A DNA stretch of 64,000 nt, taken from positions 231,949,741 to 232,013,740 of the forward strand of contig CM041465.1 in the NCBI GenBank assembly GCA_023213395.1, in the 5' to 3' direction. Source of the DNA: Cycas panzhihuaensis. Its lineage: Eukaryota > Plantae > Cycadophyta. The position numbers and the translations under genes were made by a program. Below are positions 1-12,900 of this stretch, in pieces; position 1 is the stretch's first letter; each line of letters starts with the position of its first letter. The notes beneath the pieces were generated by a model, which saw only the letters and a program-made list of their open reading frames with translations, made no database searches and was not told the DNA's origin.

Positions 1-295
1 TTCTTTGATGATATCTTAATCTACAGTAAAACACGGGAAGAGCACTAAAAATCATTTTCAGAATTTTACGCGATAATCAATTCTTTGCCAACAAGAAGAA
101 ATATTTGTTTGCAAAGGAAGAACTAGAGTACTTAGGCCATATCATAACTAGATAAGGTATAAGAATTGACTCAAAGATAATACAACCAATTGTCAATTGG
201 CCAACCCCAACAAATGTTACAGCAGTTTGAGGATTCTTGGGGACAACAGGGTTTGTTAGGAAGTTCATAAAGGGTTATGCGCACCTAGCAGCGCC

Positions 296-669
296 TGTTA
301 GAGTATAATGTTTAATGTGTGTAAAGTATGTCCTAGAATTAATAATTATAGTCCTAAGTCTTAGAGTCAAAGAGTCATTATAATATTATGTGAGAAGATA
401 GAAGCTTATTGGTCAAGTTAGTTGGTGTAATGTCATTGGTCAAGACAAAGACATTTGTCCCACATGCATTACTTGTCTTATATGTCCTCCCACCTCTTTT
501 GTATATAAAGGTGGTTAAGGTAGTATATATCATCAAGTCATCATGGAGACTCATATTGAGTCTTTGATGTATTAGAGTTATGCTTACGTTAATCAAGTGC
601 AGGTTATGTTTTGATTATTAATCTTGTGGTGTATTTGGAGTTTAATACTTTCCATGTTAAAAGCTAACA
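296..669 (+). repeat. N1 5' LTR
   Basis: Direct repeat of 4673-5046, followed by PBS. Confidence 0.95.
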
Positions 670-681
670 TGGTATCAAAGC
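670..681 (+). promoter_or_regulatory. Primer-binding site (initiator tRNA-Met type) of N1
   Basis: TGGTATCAAAGC vs canonical TGGTATCAGAGC, directly after the LTR. Confidence 0.9.
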
Positions 682-2998
682 AAATTGTGTTTGAAGGCGT
701 TGAGGTGTTGGGTCAGCTACCAGATTGAGGATTCGAATTGGAAAGGGAGATCGTAAGGTCATTAATATTACAAGGTGTGCATTGTGGTGATGCAAGGCTG
801 AATTTTAACAGCAGATTAAGAACTGTTGTAAGAAGGAGATTGAGAGAAAGCAAAAGCCCAGTAGAGGATAAAGCACTCAAGCAAGGAGGTAGATCCATTA
901 AACCATGTTGGTATGAACTAGAAATTTCACCAGGTAATATCACTCATTTATTATGTTATGTGAAGTAGCCATGTGTTAGGGTTTATCTTGAAGTTGAGGC
1001 CAGCATGTATGGAGAAACAATGACATTTGAAGTTGTCTAAGGGATTGATGTTTAGTTTTGGCTACTATGGAAATCAACTTGCCAGTGTATATTAGTTGCT
1101 TGCATTGATTTAGGGCACGAGAACCATTTGCTAGTGAAGTGCCTTGTATGTGTGAAATTATAATGAAGATCACCTATATGTTCTATTTACATATCTATCT
1201 ATCTGATGCTGAAGACTGTCCTATGCCATTATGATAATAAATTCATTAAAGAATTAATCCAGTCATGTGTTGTGTATATGCGTACTACCTTGCGTTGAAT
1301 TAAGCACCCTAAAGGACCTGAAGATAAATTACATCTACACTGCCATCTTGCAATCTCGCTCTATGCCATAATTGTTTCATTGAAGATTGACTCTTTTTTT
1401 GGTAGATTAAATGCCCATTGCAATCACTGTATATTAGGCATTTCCGCTGCCCATTGTGGATGTCGTTGCATACCACATTCACGAGCACTGCGAGGAGTGA
1501 GCATATGCCATGAGATTTATAACGGATGATGAAGACTATGTATTGTGAAGGCGTGTGTTGGCGCCTTGCATTAGATTCATCACACGTAGCATGAAAATTT
1601 CTTGTGTAAAGTTGTTGCCATGAGCCGTGAGCTACAATGAATAAATCGTGCAATTACAATTGGATAGAAGCTTTTAAGCCAAAGTTAGACATTACCTTCT
1701 TAAGGGAATAAACTGCGCTGTCCATGGTAAGTGCCCTGATCTTTTCTGTGAATACCCAGAATTGCCTAAGAAAACATTTGTAAACCTCCAAAGAAGGGAA
1801 GTTCTGGCGACATTTCTACAATGAGATTCAAACCATCAGGAGCGAACAGATTGACATGTCGACTGGCAGGGCTAGCTCTCCTTTTGATTAACAGTTACTA
1901 AGTCAGATGTTGGAACGCTCTAGGGACTCAGGACACCAATTCTCCAACGCCCGTCACGTTTCGGCTCGGTGCGCTGCAAATCAAGTTTATGTTTTGCTCG
2001 ACAGCATTGCTGGTCATCTCTTCATTCTTTTGCGCTCTTCCACATGCCCAGTTGCCAATATCAAGGGTCTTACTGTATTTAGCAATCTAAGCTGAGTTTT
2101 AATTTCTTATGATCCGCTGGGAGGTGGAGGGGCATTTGCAATTGTTACAGCAGACTACAAATTGAAGTAGGAGGTTGCGCTCTTGTAGAGTCATTCAAAT
2201 TTCAAGCATTTCTCCATTGAGCAGCTAAGCGTGGCATGCTGTGAACGAGTAACCTATACAGTCGGATAGAGACAGACAGGAATATCTATCAGCTAAAAGT
2301 CAGAGACGTTGACAGTCGTAAAGACCTTGGATGGAGTCACTTCTTGTTACCATATAGAGAGATGCGAAGGTAGTCGAAGTTACACACAATCCAGATCGAA
2401 GGATGAGCCACGTCACAATTGACTTCTCGCAACCTCGACACTAACACGCAGTTTCACACATAGTCAGGCTCTCTGCGAAGTTTGTTGCAAAATTATAGAG
2501 CTACAAACATCATGGAGAGATAAAAGACTCGCCACCACTGGTTGCAGATGGATGAAGATATTGCCACCACCTCTTATACACTCATTAGGGTTTTAATCCT
2601 AACTTCTCTACATTACTTCAATGTTTGAAATTAATTTGATAATGTCAATCAAGTCCATGGATAGGAATGCAAGGAATTAACATAAATTGAAACATATTTT
2701 GAGTTCAACTTCTTGCCCTTGGTGTTACATATTCCTTGTTGAAAGTATTTTTCTAAGTTAGTGGATATGGTTTTATTTTTTGGTGATGAAGTAACATCTT
2801 GATGGTGATATGAGGAGATTATATATGTGGCAAATGGGCATGTAAGGGGAAGTTTTGGGGTAAAGCTATCAATGTTGATGTTGAGACTCCAGGATAAATT
2901 ATTTGGCAAAGATATTTGACTTGGGCGTGACTATGGAGACATAATCTTGGGTAATGTTTCACTTATACAATATGGAGTTGAGTGATGTCATAATTTTT

Positions 2999-4255
2999 GT
3001 GCCTGAAAGAAAGAAATATTGGTTGACAAATCTCCCTTTTCCTCTACCCAAATATGTCGACACTAATTTTTGAATCTGGAAAATTAAGATGGAGTGCATA
3101 TTTAGGACAAAGAAACTTTAGAAGACAATTATGAGTACTGAAATGGCTCACAAAGAAGGGGAGGAAACTTTCAAAAAAAAAAACAGAATAGCCATTGACG
3201 TAATACTTGCAGCCTTTGATAAGGATAATCTTCCTTCTTCCTATCACTTCCTTGTCCAGACTCTTCAAAATACTGACTCAGTTGAGGATGCCTAGAAATT
3301 GTTAGCAGAAGTACAAGAAAAGGGACTTGAAGAAATACAAAAGAGTATCAAAAGGACAAAGAATCAAAAGAAGAAGTTGAAAAGGAAAACTAAAAATCAA
3401 CTTGATTCTGGTAAGGACAATCATCATAAACAAGAGTCTGATAATCTTTGCCCAAAATCTGATGAAAATTTCAGTGCACCAAATGACCTGAGCCTCACTA
3501 AGATGACATGAAACTTCACACCTAGGATTAATGAAAAAATGGTAGTCGAATGACCTAAACTTCAACCTCTATAGGTAATTCTTCATGGAGATACAAACAT
3601 CCTTACAGAAGGTATGTGCAATATTATCCTAGTTTGTATTGACAGATCTGTAGCCAAGATTCAAATGAGGTTGGGATACACATTGTTATGCACATGTTGG
3701 AGACTATCTATGATTGCACTCAATTCAGTCACATCTTCTATCTTCATCTTTGAAAGAATCCAAATAGTGGCAGCGTATCCTACAACAACTCTAAAAGGCT
3801 CTTTTAAGAAAGGAATGATCACAGGAAAGATATTATATGATCAAAATCTTGGTTGTCAAGATCATAGCATATTTTGGATAGGCTACTTGATCATAAGGTT
3901 CAATCACATTAAAATAATGTTTCATCTTTGTATAACCATAATCGGAAAGTATGGACATGTAATCATCATGAAAATGCTCATTATAGTTGGTTCAAGAAAT
4001 TTCTTAGGTGATATGGAGAAAACAGAGCATCTTGTTAGTCATGCACATATAACTAAACAGGCTACAGGTAACTATAATGAAGCAATTGAAACTCATCTCA
4101 ATAAATTCATTACTTCAGGGGAGGATGATGTTGTCTCACCACTTGATGATTTATCGTCATATTTAGATATTAATGATATTGTCAACTTATCTCTAATTGT
4201 TAACATTTATTTGTTTGATCACTCGCTGAAAAAAGTGGAAGCAAACAAGTGGTGA
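2999..4255 (+). pseudogene. N1 decayed ORF: copia gag N-terminal (DUF4219-like) region followed in frame by an unrecognised region
   Basis: PKYVDTNF*IWKIKMECIFRTKKL*KTI...SVEDA*KLL resembles a copia gag N-terminus; the same frame continues through ORFs 3299-3511 and 3614-4255 with about 6 in-frame stops. Confidence 0.65.
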
Positions 4256-4672
4256 CTAGAATTCTGATGGAAGACATATTTGATGGACACCTTGAAGACA
4301 CCTTTGATAAGTACATGCAGAAACACCTGACAGGTCCTCACTAAGTACAAGTCAGCTCAAACAACTACTACACATTTTGTATAATAAAAGGTTCTCAATT
4401 GCATATGAAGACAAAGAAGACAATGTTCAAGAACAGTCACTCTAAATGACTACTCCAGAGGCGACATCGCAAGATTGAAGACCAAGATCAAGTCCAAGAC
4501 ATTGCGTTCAAGATCTTTCCAAGATCAAGACACTGGAAATTCAAAGAAAGCAAAGTACATGTTGGTCAAATTAGAGTCCATGTTTAATGTCCTAAGTCCA
4601 TTGTCAAGTGCCATGTTAGTCTTGTGTATTCAATCACTTTTTGTAGTCTTGATATTAAGCATTAAGGGGAGG

Positions 4673-5046
4673 TGTTAGAGTATAATGTTTAATGTGTGTA
4701 AAGTGTGTCCTAGGATTAATAGTTATAGTCCTAAGTTTTAGAGCCAAAGAGTCATTATAATATTGTGTGAAAAGATAGAAGCTTATTGGTCAAGTTAGTT
4801 GGTGTAATGTCATTGGTCGGGACAAAGGCATTTGTCTCACATGTTTTATTTGTCTTATATGTCCTCCCACCTCTTTTGTATATAAAGGTGGTTGAGGTAG
4901 TATATGTCATCAAATCATCATGGAGACTCATATTGAATCTTTGATATATTAGAGTTATGTTTATGTTAACCAAGTGCAGGTTATGTTTTGATTATCGATC
5001 TTATGGTGTATTTGGAGTTTGATGCTTTCTATATTAAAATATAACA
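4673..5046 (+). repeat. N1 3' LTR
   Basis: Direct repeat of 296-669, preceded by PPT. Confidence 0.95.
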
Positions 5047-6990
5047 GTGCCACTCACAGATTTAACAAAGAAATACGTGTTTGCTTGAAACCTGAAAGCA
5101 AAAGAAGATTTTGGTAATCTTAAGAAGGCCATGATAACAGCTCCAGTCTTAGCAACACCAGATTTTTCAAAACTGTTCTTACTGGAGTGTGATGCATCAG
5201 GATTCGAATTGGAGCAGTCTTACTCCAAGATGAAAGACCAATAGTTTATGAGAGTCAGAAGTTAAATAACAGAGAAAAACTCAAACCCATTTATGATAAG
5301 GAGATGTTCGCAATCATGCACGCCATCCAACAATGGCGACAATATCTATTAGGAAATTCCTTTCAGGTGCGCACAGATCATGATAGTCTGAAATACTTCC
5401 TCAGACAGAAGACATTGTCCGATTAATAACAAAAATTGGTCAGTAAGTTGCAGAATTTTGACTTCACGATAGTATACAAGAAAGGTAAAGAGAATATTAT
5501 AGCAGACGCATTATCACGAACCCCAGATGAAACAAAAGTAGGTCATTTATTACAGTTGATATCAACAATTATGTCCTCATGGCTAAAATCCATCAGAATT
5601 GAATATATGGCAGATCCAAAATACTAAAAACTCTTAGATAACATCAAGGGAAGCAATTTAGATAAATACCAACAAAAAGGTGGTCTAATTCTTAGGTACA
5701 ACAAAATCTGCATTCCCAAAAATTTCAAATTAAAAGAAATTATACTACAAGAAGCACATTTGGTCCCAGAAGTAGGCCACACCAGTATAAATAAGACATT
5801 GGAAGATAAAAGCATCGTACTTTTGAAAGGGCTTGAAATCAGACATTCAAAAATTTGTGACAGAATATGATACGTGTCAACGAAATAAGGTAGAATGTGT
5901 GAAGACCCCAAGTCTCCTACAACCCCTATCAATTCCCAACCAAAAATGGAAAAATTTCAATGGATTTTATTACAGGTCTCCCAAAATCATAAGATCAAGA
6001 TGTGATCTTTATCACGACCGATAAATTAACAAAGTATAGTCATTTTCGAGGGCTACAGTCAACAACGAAGGCAAGTGACGTTGCAAAACTATATATGAAA
6101 GAAATTCATAGACTACACAGGTTTCTTAAAACTATTATCAACGATAGGGATCCAAAGTTCACCAGTAAATTTTGGAAGGATTTATTAAGAATTGCAAGTA
6201 CAAAATTACACATGAGCACAGTGTATCATCCCCAAACTAATGGACAGATAGAGATAATCAACAAATGTCTGGAAGGTTACTTGAGGAATTTTTCTCAGAT
6301 AAACAAAATCAATGGTACAAGCGGCTACACTTAGCTGAGTGGTGGTATAATACAACATACTACTCTTCTACCAAGATGACACCATTCCAGGCTCTTCACG
6401 GATACCAATTGTCATCTCTATTGACATGGAATAGATCATTCCAGGTTCAAGCTGTCCAAGAACACCAAAAGCAAATGGAAGATACGATTAGGATTCTTAA
6501 GGACAATTTGGTAATGGCAAGGAACATAATGAAGCAGCAAGCAGATGCGTAGCGATCAGAAAGGAGCTTCTAGAAAGACGATTGGGTTTTTCTCTGGTTG
6601 CAACCATACAAAAAAACGTCATTGAGCAAGATGAATACACAAAAGCTTGCTCCTCGATATTTTGGACTATATCATATACTTGACATAATCGAGGAAGTAG
6701 CCTACAAACTCGAGTTATCGACAACAAGCAATATCCATGATAATTTTCATGTTTCATGCCTGAAGAAAAAGATTAGCGACAAAATAGTATCAGAAACATC
6801 TTTGCCAGAACTCAATGAAGAATAACAGATTATACTAGAACTAGAAGGGATACTCCAAATTTGCATTAGCCAACTTCGAACAAGACAAGTCAAAGTGTAC
6901 CTCATAAAATAGCAGACATTGAATATAGAAGACGCGACATGGGAGTCAAACGAATGGATACAATAATTTCCAAAGCTACCAATACTTTGA
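5047..6990 (+). pseudogene. G1 pol remnant (RT end, RNase H, integrase, chromodomain) with stops and frameshifts
   Basis: ORF-track fragments 5436-6825 are successive pieces of a gypsy RNase H/integrase. Confidence 0.93.
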
Positions 6991-7019
6991 GGGCAAAGCA
7001 TTATTTTCAGGGGGGGACT

Positions 7020-7549
7020 TGTTGCGTTATAGGAAAACCCTCTCTTTAGGGGTCTGTTAGCCGACTTAAACCCCAGAAATGAGCGCAGGAATATTAACTA
7101 ACTCGTAAGCCAATTTTTTGGATGACTTCATTAATGGTTCACTCCCAGTAAACTGTCCTAATTCTAGCCGACTTCAAACAGGATAATAATTGACCATTAT
7201 AAATAGGAATCAAAGCCCTCATTTTGGATCATCACTTCGGTTGGATCTCTTCTACATTTTCGGCTTTAGCGGTGCAGTTGGCTCAGGCTTTTGGCCTGAG
7301 ATATTTGGAGGATTCCCGTCTCGAATGGCAAGCATTCAATAAGGATATTTTGTTATACATTTTTGTACTTTCCAATATTATATATTTACCTTTATTTGTA
7401 CTATTTCCATTACTTTATTTCAGTGTTTTATGGTGATTTTTCAATATTTATTATTATTTGAGATTGAGGAGATTTGTTTGAGCCTATATTAGACCAATAT
7501 CTACGAATCTTTATGTTACTTCTGAATTAAGTTAAAAGCTTCCACTACA
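7020..7549 (+). repeat. G1 3' LTR (~530 bp)
   Basis: Begins TG right after the polypurine tract; ends CA exactly where copia integrase coding (G-S-Q-T-F-V-H-I-P) resumes. The partner LTR is outside the window. Confidence 0.75.
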
Positions 7550-9765
7550 GCAGCCAAACCTTTGTCCACATACCAGACAAAAAAATAACAAAGCTAGAGT
7601 CAAAAAGTCTAGAATGCATCATGGTAGGACACAGCAAAAACTCCAAGGCCTACAAGTGCATAGATCCCAAAACAAACAAAATGTATGTAAGCCGAGATAT
7701 TGTTTTCAATGAAGAAGACAAGGAAGAAAGTACAAGCCAAATTCCAATAATAGATAAAACACCTCAGATAGACTATCCAAATACTCCTACAGAAGAAGAG
7801 TCTAGTATAACTAGAAAAGAAATTTTAGAAGAGTTTATTTCACCTCAAGATTTTCATCCAGACTCTACTCTCCAAGAAGAAGAAGTCTCTCCAAGAGAGT
7901 CAAGGACTAAAGAAGGCAAAAAGGAAAAGAGGGTTCCCAAATGGTACCTCAAAACTATAGAGGAAGGTAAAAGTGAAATTATTCCCCACAAAATAAGGAG
8001 CCAAAAGCCAAAGGCCCTAATCAGTCATGTAGAACTAGAATCGTTCATTGAAGCAAAGGAACATGTTGAATGGAGGAAAGCAATGGTTGTTGAGCTAGAT
8101 TTCATAATCAAAAACCAGATTTGGGAACTGGTTGAGCTGCCACCCAACAAATCAATTGTAAATTGAAAATGGGTTTACAAAATTAAAAAGGGAATCAATG
8201 GAAAAATAGAAAAATATAAAGCTAGGTTAGTTGCAAAAGGCTATACTCAAACAACAAGTGCAGATTATGAAGAAATCTTCTCTCCAGTGGCTAAACTAAA
8301 CATAGTGAGAACAGTTTTAGCTCTAGCAGCACAAAAAAAATTGGAAGATACACCAATTGGACGTAAAAAGCGCCTTCTTAAATGGCGAATTAGAAGAGGA
8401 GGTTTACATATCTCAACTTGAGGGATACGTCGAAGTAGGACAAAAACACCTAGTTTGCAAGTTGAAAAGACACTATATGGACTGAAACATGTTCCCTATG
8501 CATGGTATGTAAAACTTGACAATCATCTCTGCAATAATGGCTTCCAAAGAAGCAACACAAACTCAAGTCTATATATAAAAAATAGGGATGGTGCAATCAC
8601 TATAATAGTGGTATATGTTGATGATACGATTTTCACTGGTGATGATGAAGAATCAATATCTGACATAAAGAGTCAACTGGAAGGCAAATTTGATATGACT
8701 GACTTGGGCTTCTCAACTACTATTTAGGAATCCAAGTTGATTAGCAAAGTAGTCCAATCACTCTGTGGTAGAGCAAGTACATTAAAATCTTGTTAACCAA
8801 ATTTTGAATGGAAGAATGCAATCTATGCTCTATTCCCATAGAAGTAAACTGCAACCTAATTCTCTAGATGAAAAGGAACCATGTGTTAATGCCACTCTGT
8901 ATAGGCAACTCATTGGTAGCCTTATCTACCTCATAGCAACTAGACTAGACATCTCATATGCTATAGGTATGATTTCAAGATACATGTATGACCTAAGAAC
9001 AAAACACTAAAACACTACAAAAAGGGTCTTGAGATATCTAAAAGGTACAATAGGGTTTAAATTAATATTTTCAAAGGAAAAATCTCTTCAATTAACAAGT
9101 TTTTGTGATTTAGACTGGGTAGGTAACAAAGAACAAAGAAAATCAACCAGCGGGCATTGTTTCTTCCTAAGTTCTTCACCAATATCTTAGAGCAGCAAAA
9201 AATAAGCCATTGTAGCATTATCATCAACAAAAGCCAAGTACAAATCAGTTGTCAGTGCAACCACTGAAACAGTATAGCTTAGATAACTTTTGAACGATTT
9301 AACGGAGCCTTAAAAGGGAGTAACTACACTTCACTGCGACAATAAGAGTACCATCAAGCTCACCAAGAATCTAGTATTTCACACCAGAACCAAACACATA
9401 AAAGTTCAACAGCATTTTATTAGATCCTGAACAAGGAAGTGGATCTTGTCCATTGCCCTACAGATGAACAGATGGTTGACATATTAACCAAACCACTTTG
9501 ATAAGACAAATTCTAAATACTTAGAGATAAAATAGGATTAACAGGATAAAACATTAAAAGAGGGTGTTAGAATGTAATGTTTTATCTTATGTCATAAGTT
9601 AATGTTTCATGTATGTAATCGATAGGACACATCTCAGTTAGATATGTTTCTGTTATAAGTTGGTTCTAAGGGAGTTACAAAGCCTAATTGTATTTATTCA
9701 CTTGAGCCCCCAATAATCAATCAATTCAAGCATTCTTCATCTATCTTTGATCTAGCATTCTAACA
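7550..9765 (+). mobile_element. Ty1/copia element C1, 3' part (integrase SH3 tail, RT, RNase H, 3' LTR)
   Basis: FVHIPDKK.TKLESKS.ECIMVG; WELVELP; [11 protein letters not shown]; YVDD; TKHIKV; DILTKP; PPT AAAAGAGGG then short LTR. Confidence 0.95.
9565..9765 (+). repeat. C1 3' LTR (201 bp)
   Basis: 10-bp terminal inverted repeats TGTTAGAATG / CATTCTAACA; follows the PPT. Confidence 0.85.
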
Positions 9766-9986
9766 GGTTCACATCATTTCTATTTTAACTCATATTTGGT
9801 GTAAGAGTTAAGGGTTAGTAAGAATCCAAATTTCAAAGAATTTGCAAATGGATGTTGAGGTTTGATTTTAAGAATCAATTCAAATTTCGAAGTAGGGTTT
9901 GTAGATATAAAACTCTAGGGCATTTTTGGTAGGTATGTTGTTTGTGAATAAAATAAATAAATAATAAAATATTTAAAACTTGTAAA

Positions 9987-12900
9987 TATTAAAGTTTGTA
10001 TGCAAGTTTTGATACAAGATTAAAATTTTGATGACTTATGTAATCAAGTAGGTAAAATTATGTGAAACATTCATATCAACATAACTTGTATGAGTAATAA
10101 ATATAATATAAATCATTCACAGAGTGTTTAAGATATTATCAAGCATATTAAATGATATATATACACATCAGTATTACGATACACAAGAAATATATCATTA
10201 TAAGACACCAGATTTATACATAGAAAACCCTTGATGGAAAAAACCATGAGAGAATGATGGAGCTCTGTTCTCTCTTATTATCTCATCTAAAATAACCTTT
10301 CGATATGTATACATATTTATAGATTCACTACTTCATGTATATCCATTAAGATATAAGTGCATCATAAATTAATGACATCATGTGTGAGAGCATTTTTATA
10401 TCAACCAATTATGATTCATCCACTAACTAAATATTATATTGACTTTTGTGATATGTAATATTCTTACACTTCCCTTAATGTCTAATTTGTGAAATTCAAA
10501 TCTTCATCTTCATGTTAAATTACCTATTTATCATGTGTCCTTGTATCACCTGTAAATATTCACTACCTATAAATCACTAATTAAACATATGACTCACAAT
10601 TTGTTATGATATATGGAGTATTTTTTTACAATTTAATATCTTCCATATGTAAGTTATAAAATAAATTTATGAACTTTATTATTAAATCAAATCTAGCAAT
10701 ATCTATATAAAACAACCATCTATCGAAGTGCATAGGTAATTAATCGTTGCAATTGCAAGTTAGCTAAGAAGTATTTATCATATATAGTTTATTAGTTTCA
10801 TTAATGAAAACAATATATTTCGGAAATAAGTTAAACTATTTAATCTATTATGTTGTAATAAGAATAATTTGTGAAAATTTCTTTCACATTGTCTTAAAAG
10901 ATATGGAAAAATCCATGTGCTACCTGTTAAATTTACAACATGGAAACTATTCAACATAAATACAATCAACAAGATTAATGAACAAGGCACAAATTATATT
11001 AACTCATCATGAACAAGATTACATCAAAATACTTTTATACCATAGATTCAACCTGAGTCTCCATAATGATTTTATGACTCTACTCTATCTCATTCACCTA
11101 TTTATACATCATAGGTGGGAATACATAAGAGGGGTGGGACACGTCGGACAAATAACTATTGACATACCCAATGACTATTCACCTACTAACTAACTAATGA
11201 CCTTCTAACTTCTCATATAACATTATTATAATGTATGACCCTTAGACCCTAACATAATACTCAGGACTATAACTTTATTAATTCTAACACACACATTGCA
11301 ATAAACACTTACACATTAAATATTATATTCTAACATTACCTCCCTTGATGACTCTCCGTAAGCTAATTCTTGTAGTTTTCTTTAACAATCAATTTCATCA
11401 ATCAACTCAAACCAACCAACTTTGAGAATAAGGTGTATTACCTAGCACACTAAAATTTGTTATAACAAGGTAACATGTGTTCTACGACTCTTATCATACA
11501 TAATAATTGCATTTTTAACCAAAAACACATACTAATTATACTCCTTAACAATTGGTCATAGTTTTATGAATAACCCACAACCATTATTTTTTAACCAATC
11601 AATCAAAGAAACTTATGAGATCTTTCATCATCTTATATTAGGGGGGTAACTCAATCAATCTCAAACTTTCAACCAATAACTCAACTCTCAAACATATCAA
11701 GAGGTGTTTTTTGTCCACTCATTCAACTATTGAGGCGATCATTGTGGCTTTTATGCAACCAAATCATCTATCAAACTCGGTGCCCTCATCAACTTTCTAT
11801 CAAATTTCATTTGATTTGTGCTAATAAGTTACTACATCAAATGTATTCAATTCATTTAAGAGATCACTTCATTAATTTATCATGTGTATATATGTCAATT
11901 TTCTCTTAAATGGGTTCTCATGTGGTTAACATCTTAAATTTGAGCCATAACATGTAATAAATGAGCCTTAAATGTTAGTTTTCATAATTTAAACATGTAT
12001 TCAAACTAATTATCATGTATCCATTTGTATCATCATGTATTTAGAAGCTTTTAAAATTATTAAATAAATAAATAAATGTGTTTTGAATTATTCAAAAAAT
12101 GCACTCGTAAGTATGTTAAAATGTTACTTGTCTAATTTTATCTACTAAAGCCTTCATGGTGTGATTAAAAACCTACCTTGTGACCACTTGCTTTATTTGT
12201 CTCTCTTAATCTTCTTTCTAATGCAATTGACAGATTGAAAATTTGACCTCGTGTGAAAGATACGCTTTAAAATATAACAGTATACCATGAAAAATTACAA
12301 TGAGGTCAATAAAATGAATTAGCACCTTTCTAAAATAAGTGTTTAATTGTGTCATTTTCTCATATGGCCACTCATTAACATCATAGGGGGGTTAGGGTGT
12401 GTTTCAAAGCATATTTTAATTCAATTAAATTTAAGTCATATTTTGTAAAAACATAAATCCATACCAAAATTCACCATCATTTTCATAGTTAGGGTTTGCA
12501 TTACTATCAATTATTTAAGGTAACTTTTTGCATTTAATAGACGTCATCTACAAATAATAATGATCAAAATGTAAATTTGTAAATATGTGCATCCAAGTAT
12601 TACTCCAAGATTATCTTACACATTCAAATATCAAGTAACATGAATTTTGACATTTTAGCCAACAACAAATTGCTTCATAAGACAACGAGTTTTTATAAGA
12701 AAGCATCAAATCTTCAACTACTACAAATGTTTCCTTCAATTTACAAGTGGAAACAAGAATAATGGGTGATTTGATTTGCACATTCATATTTTGACTGCAT
12801 GAATTCATTTGAATCAACATAGTTATCTTCATCTATTTATATGTCTTCCGCATGTCCAACCATAAACTTAAGTCACATTCTTTTTTACCATTTAGATCCA

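Larger units (their letters stand above)
296..5046 (+). mobile_element. Non-autonomous copia-type LTR retrotransposon N1 (TR-GAG/LARD-like, no pol)
   Basis: 374-bp LTRs 296-669 and 4673-5046 (TGTTAG...TAACA; about 31 mismatches by hand count); TSD GCGCC/GTGCC (291-295/5047-5051); PBS TGGTATCAAAGC 670-681; PPT AAGGGGAGG 4664-4672; no RT or integrase motifs inside. Confidence 0.93.
1..7549 (+). mobile_element. Ty3/gypsy chromovirus G1 (Reina-like), 5' part outside window; interrupted by N1
   Basis: RT motif FFDDILIYS at 1; the frame GYAHLAAP|LTDLTKK is rejoined across N1; RNase H (ECDASG, YDKEM, TDH), integrase (DRDPKFTS, YHPQTNGQ) and chromodomain (YLIK*..EDATWE, ~6890-6960); PPT AGGGGGGG then LTR TGTTGCG...ACTACA. 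Confidence 0.93.

Noticed and set aside
378-596. Three similar small ORFs (378-596, 4755-4973, 10978-11193) as a peptide gene family
   Set aside because: They are antisense frames inside copies of the same LTR family
11336-11350. Purine run beside the 10925-11335 LTR as the PPT of a full element
   Set aside because: A matching 5-bp TSD (CTACC/TTACC) flanks the LTR and no partner LTR follows, so a solo LTR is more parsimonious
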